NCBI GenBank assembly: GCA_963663225.1
Contig: OY760142.1
Coordinates: forward strand, 3,104,001 to 3,168,000
Source of the DNA: Nitrospirota bacterium
Lineage (GTDB): Bacteria; Nitrospirota; UBA9217
Reading direction: 5' to 3'
DNA length: 64,000 nucleotides
Part shown: piece after piece, positions 56,550 through 64,000 of the stretch
Position numbering within the stretch: position 1 is the stretch's first letter
Layout: every line of letters begins with the position of its first letter
Program-made: the position numbers and the translations under genes
The notes under the pieces: model-generated
Told to the model about the DNA's origin: nothing
The model's input: only the letters and a program-made list of their open reading frames with translations
The model's database searches: none

Positions 56550-56729
56550 ATGAAGGCGTTAAAGAAAACGATAATTATTACGGCAGAGGTTTTGAGCATT
56601 GACGCGGCGCCGTCAATTATTCACCAGGCGCTTGCTCAAATCAGTAGCGAGTGTCCTGAGGGAAAGTTGGTTATGGACGACGGTGATACGGTGGCCTGGG
56701 CGACCGCTTCGAGGATAGTAGAGTTTTGA
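56550..56729 (+). CDS. 59-aa phage hypothetical protein
   Basis: SD GAGGAGG; MKALKKTIIITAEV...RIVEF*. Confidence 0.6.
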   Translation: MKALKKTIIITAEVLSIDAAPSIIHQALAQISSECPEGKLVMDDGDTVAWATASRIVEF

Positions 56730-56926
56730 GAACGAAGGAAAAGGTTTGGGCGCATTACCCAGACGGGACGAAGCGCAAAGAGCCCATGGTTTTTTGCGAT
56801 ATCTGCGGTTGGGGCGATTGTATTGTGGAAACTCGGGGAACTTATGATTTCTGCCGACGGCATAAGAAGGCGGAGATTGACGCCTGGATGAAGGGGCCGC
56901 GGAAAAGATACAATCCGGAGGTTTAG
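56726..56926 (+). CDS. Small Cys-containing phage protein
   Basis: Overlaps the previous stop; CDIC...FCRRH. Confidence 0.5.
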   Translation: MRTKEKVWAHYPDGTKRKEPMVFCDICGWGDCIVETRGTYDFCRRHKKAEIDAWMKGPRKRYNPEV

Positions 56927-56928
56927 CC

Positions 56929-57237
56929 ATGTCTCAAGACAACTGGCAGCACAAAAGCGAAATGATGCTGTGCAAGACTTGTATGTTTTTCGTGCCGAAG
57001 ATGCCGCCGGTATTTTTGGGTGTCGATCCTGCGAAATTCAACCCGGAAGATTTAAAGGATCTTAAGCCGGGCAAGGTAATACTTTGCAAGGATCCTCCCG
57101 TTCCCATTAAATACGATTGCAAAATTGGCCGCTGCCGGCGCCATGCTCCAACGCTCGGAGGCTGGCCGGTTTTGTTTGTTACAGATTGGTGTGGTGATCA
57201 CAAGCTTGACGCTGAAAAGATGGAGGCTCCGGCATGA
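56929..57237 (+). CDS. Cys-rich phage protein
   Basis: CKTCMFF...GRCRRHAP...WP...DWCGDH; SD GGAGG. Confidence 0.75.
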   Translation: MSQDNWQHKSEMMLCKTCMFFVPKMPPVFLGVDPAKFNPEDLKDLKPGKVILCKDPPVPIKYDCKIGRCRRHAPTLGGWPVLFVTDWCGDHKLDAEKMEAPA

Positions 57238-57674
57238 TGATAGACGACGATCATCCCATTGTTCGTGCGCTGTTGGTCCTGGTTGCCGTGCTCTTTTTTC
57301 TTTCCACGGCGTCGTTCACGGCGAAAACGTACATTAACAAGCAAATCGAGCTTGAGCGAATCCGGCAGCACCAAAAGTTTCAACTGCTCATCAAGGAGAT
57401 GGTAAAACGTGAATCGAGCGGAAGGCATGAAGGCTGTTGGGGAAAGGCCGGAGAGTACGGAGCCGCACAATGGCTTTACAGTTCATTCGAGTATTGGAAA
57501 AAGAAAATGAAAATGCCGCGTCTGGAATGGACCAAGCGCGCAGATCAAATAGTTCTTATGTGCAGAGTGGTACAGGCTGGCCATGGTTACGAGTGGACTG
57601 TTTATAAAAAGGCGTACAGGACCGTGTACGGCCAGGATCCTCCGTCGAGAGGAGTGAGAATAATAAGTGTTTAA
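57234..57674 (+). CDS. Membrane-anchored lytic transglycosylase-like protein
   Basis: N-terminal TM helix; KRESSG (catalytic Glu), YGAAQW..SSF, DQI motifs of the lysozyme-like fold. Confidence 0.6.
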   Translation: MMIDDDHPIVRALLVLVAVLFFLSTASFTAKTYINKQIELERIRQHQKFQLLIKEMVKRESSGRHEGCWGKAGEYGAAQWLYSSFEYWKKKMKMPRLEWTKRADQIVLMCRVVQAGHGYEWTVYKKAYRTVYGQDPPSRGVRIISV

Positions 57675-58232
57675 AGCGTGATAACGGGTAGCCTGTCTGC
57701 AGCAGGTCCGGGCCGGGGCGTTACGCGAGTGGCCAGTTTGGTGAGGGAAAAAATCGGGAGGTATCCGTGACGATGGAAGAACCGATCCAAAAGCCAACCT
57801 ATCCGTATTCACCATAAATACACCGAGGGGGCTTTAAGCGTATTGCGAATATGATTGCGGAAGTACGCTGCTGAGTCATTCCCTGTCCTGGGAGTCTGGC
57901 GGGTGAACAGGACGACGAAATATAAGGGCGGACGCCAGAGCAAAGCCCCGATATGACACGCGGCGGTTTTCGGTGACGGTGCAGGTGATCCTGCATGTAG
58001 GAACCGGATCATCTTGCTTATCATCCTACGGCGTGGGCGCTACTCTCCGGTTCGGGGAACCGGCCGGAGAGCATAATTAAATCCCTCGCTGCGGCGTGTA
58101 TGCCAGCGAGTAAGTATACGGCGGCGACCGAAAAAGTCATGGGGACAGCCCATGCACTATACTGCTAGTCTTGATAGCTTATGTGCGCTCAGTAGGAGCA
58201 ACAGCCAGAACTCGGTGCAGTAGCCGCCCAAT
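57675..58232 (+). ncRNA. Candidate large structured non-coding RNA(s)
   Basis: ~560-nt gap without a credible ORF in a gene-dense operon; many stems and a possible pseudoknot. Confidence 0.45.
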
Positions 58233-58246
58233 TTGAAAGGAAAGGT

Positions 58247-58423
58247 ATGGAAAAGAGCGTTGATGAACAAATAGATGCCCTATCTCGTCAGGTAGCAAAT
58301 GCCGACATTCAGCAGGTAAAACGAGTGCTGTATGCAGCATATTACCTCGGTTTAAAAAATGCTCTCCTGCCAGACTCCATTCAAGAGGCTCTCAATTCTG
58401 GTGATGGAGTTTACAGGCCATAG
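58247..58423 (+). CDS. 58-aa phage protein
   Basis: SD GAAAGG; ends EALNSGDGVYRP*. Confidence 0.65.
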   Translation: MEKSVDEQIDALSRQVANADIQQVKRVLYAAYYLGLKNALLPDSIQEALNSGDGVYRP

Positions 58424-58455
58424 TAGCTAATTCGCTGTTTGGTGAAAGGAGAGGT

Positions 58456-58734
58456 ATGGCAAAGTTTAAAAAGAAACCCGTAGTAATAGAAGCAATAAAA
58501 TGGGACGGGACTCTCACAGGAAAACATTATATTGATCTCCTATTTCAAGACCTTTGCACAACGTCAATTACATACAACAAGCAAGACAATATCGTAAGTG
58601 CATGGTTTATTGGTACGGTTATAGGTCATTGCAGAGTATCAAATGGAGACTATATTATTCGTGGCGTAAATGGTGAATACTACCCATGCAAACCGGAAAT
58701 TTTTGAAAAAACATATGATGCCGTGAACGATTAA
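58456..58734 (+). CDS. Conserved phage protein (PGDYG-like)
   Basis: KFKKKPVVIEAIKW...GDYIIRGVNGEYYPCKPEIFEKTY. Confidence 0.8.
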   Translation: MAKFKKKPVVIEAIKWDGTLTGKHYIDLLFQDLCTTSITYNKQDNIVSAWFIGTVIGHCRVSNGDYIIRGVNGEYYPCKPEIFEKTYDAVND

Positions 58735-58771
58735 GTAGCGTAGCCAATCCGCTATTACAGGAGATAAAAAA

Positions 58772-59524
58772 ATGATTGCGTACAAACTCACGTCACAGGA
58801 TTTTATGACTCGTAATAATACAATATGGGGCAATAATATTACTCATAGTGTACCCAAAAAAGATAATCCCCAATTATGTACAGGGGATGTAGTCCACTGG
58901 TATAAATCTCCTACGCTGGCGTTATTATTGAATCCACAGCACGCCGATATTACAAATCCTGTACTTTGGGAGGCAGAAGCTGACTGTGAAGCAGTATCGG
59001 ATTGGGGAAAATCAGGATGCTTCTCACTCACCACCAAACGTATTATCCGCACAAAAATAACAGATGACCAAATGCACCATATTAGAGTGCAATTTGCAGT
59101 TCTCTGTGCAGAATCCGTATTACATTTATACGAAAAACAGTACCCTATCGATGATAGGGTAAAAAAAGCTATTGAAGCAGCAAAAGAATATTTAAAAAAT
59201 CCAACCGCCGATGCCGCCGCCGATGCCGCCGCCGATGCCGCCTATGCCGCCGATGCCGCCGCCCGTGCCGCCCGTGCCGCCGATGCCGCCCGTGCCGCCG
59301 ATGCCGCCTATGCCGCCTATGCCGCCCGTGCCGCCGATGCCGCCTATGCCGCCTATGCCGCCTATGCCGCCCGTGCCGCCTATGCCGCCTATGCCGCCGC
59401 CTATGCCGCCTATGCCGCCGCCCGTGCCGCCGATGCCGCCTATGCCGCCTATGCCGCCCGTGCCGCCGCCATAGACTTTAATGAATTAGCCAACAAAGCT
59501 TTTATGCTTGTTATGAGTAAATAG
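58772..59524 (+). CDS. Phage protein with Imm5-like segment and Ala-rich repeat tail
   Basis: FAVLCAESVLHLYEK.YP.DDRVKKAIEAAKEY followed by AAY/AAD/AAR repeats. Confidence 0.75.
   Translation: MIAYKLTSQDFMTRNNTIWGNNITHSVPKKDNPQLCTGDVVHWYKSPTLALLLNPQHADITNPVLWEAEADCEAVSDWGKSGCFSLTTKRIIRTKITDDQMHHIRVQFAVLCAESVLHLYEKQYPIDDRVKKAIEAAKEYLKNPTADAAADAAADAAYAADAAARAARAADAARAADAAYAAYAARAADAAYAAYAAYAARAAYAAYAAAYAAYAAARAADAAYAAYAARAAAIDFNELANKAFMLVMSK
59207..59470 (+). repeat. In-frame GCC-based minisatellite
   Basis: 88 codons using only GCC, GAT, TAT and CGT. Confidence 0.95.
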
Positions 59525-59541
59525 CTATTACAGGAGGGGGT

Positions 59542-59772
59542 ATGGGGAAAAGCTATACAAGAGGTGATTGCGAAGTAATAGTAGTTCCAAAAAGCATAAT
59601 TCCTAACGGAGCAACTTTATGCGAATGCTACGAGACGAAAACGCAATTTATAATTGTTGGCGATCCTGAACCAGACGACGAAACGCATAACTGCGATGTT
59701 ATGGGATGTGGTTCATTAAGCCATGTTTTGTATAGATTTAATAAATCCCCCTCCCCTGAAAGGAGCAGGTGA
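59542..59772 (+). CDS. Phage hypothetical protein
   Basis: SD AGGAGG; HNCDVMGCGS. Confidence 0.65.
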   Translation: MGKSYTRGDCEVIVVPKSIIPNGATLCECYETKTQFIIVGDPEPDDETHNCDVMGCGSLSHVLYRFNKSPSPERSR

Positions 59773-59773
59773 T

Positions 59774-59962
59774 ATGGACGCTTTTCGAGAATTGATTTTT
59801 AAGTGTGAGCTTGAACAGTTGATAACTGAAAGAGTAGCCATGCAAGCTGAAAATACTTTCAGAGAATATTCTGGACGGGCAATAGCTTATAGTGAAGATA
59901 GCTTCTTGCGGATTAATGATAAGATTGCCCAACTTTCTGAGCGCGTTCGGAACGAAGGATAA
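59774..59962 (+). CDS. Phage hypothetical protein
   Basis: Likely start MDAFRE; AMQAEN..R...G.AIAYSEDSF motif. Confidence 0.65.
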   Translation: MDAFRELIFKCELEQLITERVAMQAENTFREYSGRAIAYSEDSFLRINDKIAQLSERVRNEG

Positions 59963-59974
59963 GTGAGGTCTCCC

Positions 59975-60178
59975 ATGAGAATTGACATTGAATACATTAA
60001 GGCGATTATCGCCGCACGAAGGCTGTTTAATTCCATTCCATTGGAAGATATTGAATTTTACGAAAACGGGGAAAAGCTGGAAATACCTAAGGGAGTAATT
60101 CACGAATTTCAGTTCACCGGACTGTATAATTCTGATTTCGTTGATAATGAGTTTTGGAAAGAGGTCTCCCATGAGTGA
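59975..60178 (+). CDS. Phage hypothetical protein
   Basis: Start MRIDIEY after SD GAGGT. Confidence 0.6.
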   Translation: MRIDIEYIKAIIAARRLFNSIPLEDIEFYENGEKLEIPKGVIHEFQFTGLYNSDFVDNEFWKEVSHE

Positions 60179-60181
60179 GCT

Positions 60182-60328
60182 ATGAGATTGTGTCCAGTAT
60201 GTAAAAAATCAGAGTTGGAAATGGTGCTATTTTGGGATGATAAACTAATATGCCCGAAGTGCGGATATTTTTGTGATAGGGATAAAGCATTGAGCACCCG
60301 CCCGCAGCGGGAGGAGGAGAGAAAATAA
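60182..60328 (+). CDS. 48-aa Zn-ribbon protein
   Basis: Manual translation MRLCPVC...ICPKCGY...ERK*. Confidence 0.5.
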   Translation: MRLCPVCKKSELEMVLFWDDKLICPKCGYFCDRDKALSTRPQREEERK

Positions 60329-60558
60329 TGGCATTACCTACATTAGAGTTAAGTTACAAAATGTCAAAGATGATAGTGTTCTTGGTAAACAATATTCAAT
60401 TGGATATGCAGAAATATCCTGATCAATGCAATAGTCTCATTAATTTATGTTACGAAATAGGTCAGTTAGATGCCGATCCGTGTGATTGTTGCGTTGTACC
60501 AATTGAGAATTGCCCCGGATTAGACACATGCCGTGGCAAATTAAAAATGTACGATTAA
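60328..60558 (+). CDS. Small Cys-rich phage protein
   Basis: SD GGAGGAG; TAATG coupling. Confidence 0.6.
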   Translation: MALPTLELSYKMSKMIVFLVNNIQLDMQKYPDQCNSLINLCYEIGQLDADPCDCCVVPIENCPGLDTCRGKLKMYD

Positions 60559-60800
60559 CCATGCTCACCGGACGGGAGGAGGAGAGATAGCCATGGCCAT
60601 TGTATTGAAGTGGATTACTATAGCCGGTCTTGTTATATTCGGGCTGCTTCTGCTTTTAGTGCTGGCGGCTCATATTTCTTGGAAAAATCATTGCAGGAAT
60701 ATCAACAAAAAAGCAACGTGGAGAAATTACCATTATAAGTGAAAAGCATTGATTTTTAATATTATTATATGTATTGACATTTTTAAAAAGGTATTATAAA

Positions 60801-60995
60801 ATGGAATCAGTCGAGCGCGAATTGCAGGAAATAAAAGCGGCCATTTTATCAATTGGCAATACGGTTACGGAGATAGCCTCTAATCTTGAACGCCATGGAA
60901 TAGGAGCACACAAAAAGGCTAACATCGTAGAAATAAAAGATTGGGCAAAAAAACAGGCGGAGCGTCATGTCAATAAAACCAGTAGGAAAAGATAA
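60801..60995 (+). CDS. Small protein overlapping the integrase start (possible excisionase/RDF)
   Basis: Assigned by position only; TTGACA-17bp-TAAAAT just upstream. Confidence 0.4.
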   Translation: MESVERELQEIKAAILSIGNTVTEIASNLERHGIGAHKKANIVEIKDWAKKQAERHVNKTSRKR

Positions 60996-62019
60996 GTGGG
61001 AGCTTGACATAAGCCTGGGCTACGTCGATGGCGCTCAACATAGAGTAAGGCGAATATTTTCAGGAACGCAAGAGAACGCCGTAATTGCTGAGATTGAACT
61101 TACCAAACAACTCGGAAAGCCTTCAGTAGAAAGAAAAAAAATTGAGGACTTTACAGAAGAATATCTTGAATGGGTTGGCAAATACCAGAGCGAAAAAACA
61201 TACCACGATAAAAAGAAAATGCTATTCGGCTATCTATTGCCCTTCTTTGGCAATATGCGGCCAGATTTCATAACAAAGAGCTTACTTGAAGCATACCAAA
61301 CCAGCAGACTAAACGCTCCAATAAAATTTTCGAAGCACGGAAAGCCATTAAAACAATACAAAAGGTCCCGCGCCGTTAATCTTGAAATACTCTGCCTGTC
61401 CTCAATGATTGAATGGGGAAGAGAACACGGATATTGCGTCGATCCTCTCGTAAAAATCAAACCACTACCGTATAAAAAACCGCTTCCAAGTGTATTGTCC
61501 GCTGAGGAAATAAAATCTTTTCTGTCTGAGTGTCCCCCTGTTTATAAAGCCTATCTTTTGGCCCTGTATCATTGCGGCATGAGAAAGAATGAGGCTAAAA
61601 ATTTAAAATGGACAGATGTAGATTTTGAACGCGGTATTATTCATATTATCGGAAAAGGCAACAAAGAGCGTATTGTGGGGTTGACGGATACGCTTAAAGA
61701 ATCTCTGCAGTCGTTACAGAGGGCCGATATTCGTGTTTTCGTTTCGCCGAGGACAAATATGCCGATTGGGGATATAAGAAAGACGATTGAATCGGCAAGA
61801 AAGCGCGCCGGGATCCAGCGGCACATAAATCCTCACCTACTACGGCATACTTTTGCAACTCATTTGCTTGAACTCGATGTTGATTTAAGGACCATTCAGG
61901 ACCTTCTTGGCCACGCCGATGTAAGCACAACCCAAATTTACACCCATGTTTCGATAAACAGGATATTGAGCGCAGCCAAAGCGCTTGATGAAGCGCTAAA
62001 GAAGAAAGGAATAGCATAG
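60967..62019 (+). CDS. int: Tyrosine integrase
   Basis: CGMRKNE, GKGNKER, PHLLRHTFAT, LLGHADVSTTQIY; about 700 bp from the att site. Confidence 0.95.
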   Translation: MSIKPVGKDKWELDISLGYVDGAQHRVRRIFSGTQENAVIAEIELTKQLGKPSVERKKIEDFTEEYLEWVGKYQSEKTYHDKKKMLFGYLLPFFGNMRPDFITKSLLEAYQTSRLNAPIKFSKHGKPLKQYKRSRAVNLEILCLSSMIEWGREHGYCVDPLVKIKPLPYKKPLPSVLSAEEIKSFLSECPPVYKAYLLALYHCGMRKNEAKNLKWTDVDFERGIIHIIGKGNKERIVGLTDTLKESLQSLQRADIRVFVSPRTNMPIGDIRKTIESARKRAGIQRHINPHLLRHTFATHLLELDVDLRTIQDLLGHADVSTTQIYTHVSINRILSAAKALDEALKKKGIA

Positions 62020-62358
62020 TTGCCAAAGTACGATGAAATAAACGATCTGATTGCCGAAAAAATAATGGGAGGGAGAACAGGAAACTACTCAACAGAGATA
62101 TCCGAAGCCTGGGCGGTCATTAAGAAGCTCGAAAGATACAGGCCCCTGATTGGAAAGTCAGGGAAAAAGGGTTGGAGGGCAGTTTTTTACAAAACAAAGT
62201 CTCCCCTATCCTCTATTTTTTACGATGCGACGACGGCACCGCTGGCAATTTGCCAAGCAGCGCTTTTATTAAAGGGGCACACGGGAACAATTATGTCGAT
62301 TGACGACGTAATTGAAGAAGAAGGCAAAAAACTGGAAGAGTTTCTTACGACTGATTGA
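62020..62358 (+). CDS. Phage ABA-sandwich-like protein
   Basis: NYSTEISEAWAVIKKL...TAPLAICQAAL. Confidence 0.7.
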   Translation: MPKYDEINDLIAEKIMGGRTGNYSTEISEAWAVIKKLERYRPLIGKSGKKGWRAVFYKTKSPLSSIFYDATTAPLAICQAALLLKGHTGTIMSIDDVIEEEGKKLEEFLTTD

Positions 62359-62566
62359 CCATTTTTTTATTTGCGACCGAAAGAATATGCAGGGCCTTTG
62401 CTTTGCTGATTTTATTGCATAGGCCCTGAAATTTTGATCGTTTATTTTTTAAATTTTCTATTTTGCCGTTTACCAGTACAAGAATGTCGGCAAATGCTTC
62501 TTTGTAAAAGCAGTTTTGAGGAGATGGACAAGTTTTACATTCGCAGGTTTTTGTATTGGTTATCAT
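62345..62566 (-). CDS. Small hypothetical protein
   Basis: ORF with a Cys cluster; weak RBS. Confidence 0.3.
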   Translation of the reverse strand: MITNTKTCECKTCPSPQNCFYKEAFADILVLVNGKIENLKNKRSKFQGLCNKISKAKALHILSVANKKMVNQS

Positions 62567-62709
62567 ACTGTTATAATATCGGCAGGTAACTTAAAAAGTT
62601 TAATTTTTATAAGCAAATTTTTTTACCGTAAATGAATGGCCATAAGACAGTCGTAAGACAGTTTGAGTGTTTTTGATGGTGTTAAAAAGTCTGGAAGTCT
62701 TTGAAAATG

Positions 62710-62784
62710 TGGAGCCGGCGGTCAGGATTGAACTGACGACCTGCTGATTACGAATCAGCTGCTCTACCACTGAGCTACGCCGGC
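62710..62784 (-). tRNA. tRNA-Thr(CGT), intact, contains the right att junction
   Basis: GCCGGCGTAGCTCAGTGGTAGAGCAGCTGATT-CGT-AATCAGCAGGTCGTCAGTTCAATCCTGACCGCCGGCTCCA; cloverleaf with encoded CCA. Confidence 0.97.
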
Positions 62785-62891
62785 TTTTCGGATAGAGGCT
62801 ATTTATACCTTATACATGCTTTGGGTGTCAAGTGAATCTTTATCATTTCGTTTCCAGGAAAACTTTTAATCTCTGAAACCCCTCTCCCCTT

Positions 62892-63515
62892 CTAGTCTTT
62901 CAGCTTCGATTTGAAATAATATGGAGAGTAAACCGCCGCAAGCGGATTATGGCCGGTGACCCGGTCTTTAACTGCAAGAATAGTAACCGGCGCCTCAGAA
63001 TGTTTTATAAACAGCATATCATGCCCCACGCAAAGACCGAGCAGAATGTTCATTTCGGTTTGCGCCTTGTTTAAAAGCATTGCCTGGGCTATGGGATTGC
63101 AGAATGCCTCGAATTTTCCGGGATGCACCTTTTCCTGATCTTTGATCCCCAGTTCTTCTTTCGGCCTTCCCCCGGTTTTACACACCAGTGATGCCACAGT
63201 AAACCCGCTGTCCTCAAAAATTCTGGTTACGGTTTTCGCTTCTTCCCGCAGCCCCGTACAGAAAGCAAGTCCCAAATTGGTAAAGCCGGCCGATTTCGCA
63301 AATTCCATGATTTCGCGGACTCGGGGCCACTTCCCGTATCCGGCTGATTCTATCCTGGCAGACCGGCAGGCAAGCTGCTTAGGATCTTCACGGTATAGAG
63401 ATAATGCCTTGTCGTATACTGCGGCATTATCACGAATCGGGCACATGTTTGGCAGGTGCTCCAGGTCCCCTTGTTCACAAGGGTATTTTCCGCATTTCGC
63501 GCAATTCAACATCAT
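62892..63515 (-). CDS. DUF1847-family metal-binding protein
   Basis: GLAFCTGL, CKTGG, CNPIAQA, GLCVGHD, KDRVTGHNPLAA. Confidence 0.85.
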   Translation of the reverse strand: MMLNCAKCGKYPCEQGDLEHLPNMCPIRDNAAVYDKALSLYREDPKQLACRSARIESAGYGKWPRVREIMEFAKSAGFTNLGLAFCTGLREEAKTVTRIFEDSGFTVASLVCKTGGRPKEELGIKDQEKVHPGKFEAFCNPIAQAMLLNKAQTEMNILLGLCVGHDMLFIKHSEAPVTILAVKDRVTGHNPLAAVYSPYYFKSKLKD

Positions 63516-63561
63516 TCCTCCCTGACTATCATTATAACTGATTTAAGAACTTCAATATCTG

Positions 63562-64000
63562 CTACGGCATGGGTATTTGCGCCACACGAACAAAAAGCTG
63601 GTTTCCCAGATAATGCAAAAACTGTTCGACATTATCCTGCGGTACCGGTTTGTTCGGGTCATGGCTGTCCAGCAGTCTCAGAACCCACTCGGAAGATTCA
63701 CCCAGTATCCTCCAGCCATGCTCGACATTTGCCCCGTTCAAACAACTGATGTCCACGGTATCCAATGAAGGAGGATCCGGCACCTGCATTTTGCGGCTCA
63801 TGAAACAGTATTCCGGAAGGCTGCGGATAAAAACATCCCGATCCACAGAAGCCGCAAGCGACATCCGCAAATGAAGATAGATTCCTTTATCGCTCTTCCT
63901 CGTCGGCACGCCGCTTTTTCTATCATGCACAAGAAACGAATACCAGGTAATGGACCCTGCCGCTGTCAGTGCGCGAATAAGCGGGGCCACTCGCGACCGA
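63562..64000 (-). CDS. Hypothetical protein, 5' end outside the window
   Basis: Reading frame stays open to the window edge. Confidence 0.55.
   Translation of the reverse strand, partial: RSRVAPLIRALTAAGSITWYSFLVHDRKSGVPTRKSDKGIYLHLRMSLAASVDRDVFIRSLPEYCFMSRKMQVPDPPSLDTVDISCLNGANVEHGWRILGESSEWVLRLLDSHDPNKPVPQDNVEQFLHYLGNQLFVRVAQIPMP

Larger units (their letters stand above)
17328..62757. mobile_element. Apparently complete ~45.4 kb podovirus-like prophage integrated in tRNA-Thr(CGT)
   Basis: att direct repeats at both ends, tyrosine integrase near the right att, and packaging, capsid, tail, ejection, lysis and recombination modules with no visible frameshifts. Confidence 0.95.

Noticed and set aside
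57860-57960. Possible hammerhead (CTGCTGAG...GACGAAA)
   Set aside because: The core deviates from CUGANGA and no NUH site with consistent stems I and III could be built.
59207-59470. CRISPR array or DGR variable region
   Set aside because: No unique spacers, no template/variable repeat pair, and no reverse transcriptase or cas gene in the window.
59211-59474. MPP-repeat ORF
   Set aside because: Alternative frame of the GCC minisatellite with no RBS.
60967-62019. Host XerC/XerD
   Set aside because: It has an arm-binding-type N-terminus and sits beside the tRNA att site inside the prophage, so it is better explained as the phage integrase.

Overview
Bacterial chromosome segment. Gene content and order suggest a Nitrospirota or Desulfobacterota-like host (inference). 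Bases 1-11.5 kb are a minus-strand housekeeping/type IV pilus block: CDP-alcohol phosphatidyltransferase, HTH protein, DUF512 radical SAM, aroE, pilB, pilT, pilC, pilS, pilR and a UbiD-family gene. Bases 12-17.3 kb are an accessory stretch with four exported/membrane hypothetical genes, an attC-like site and a Gcl-like ThDP enzyme. Bases 17328-62757 are an apparently complete ~45.4 kb podovirus-like prophage (N4-gp56-type capsid, terminase, portal, ejection proteins, amidase/holin/u-spanin, Bet, RuvC-like resolvase, tyrosine integrase) integrated in tRNA-Thr(CGT). Main observations: (1) the 1945-aa putative ejection protein carries a GGDEF domain lacking the I-site plus an HExxH peptidase motif, while the host PilB in this window has a full tandem MshEN c-di-GMP receptor; (2) a type II hammerhead ribozyme whose catalytic core is also the Shine-Dalgarno, and whose loop I can pair with the start codon, of the downstream phage gene; (3) two tandem dif-like sites in the AT-rich gap between the divergent phage operons; (4) several structured non-coding RNAs/attenuators and repeated operators in a prophage with no obvious cI/cro switch. 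All assignments are by eye from motifs; no database searches were run.
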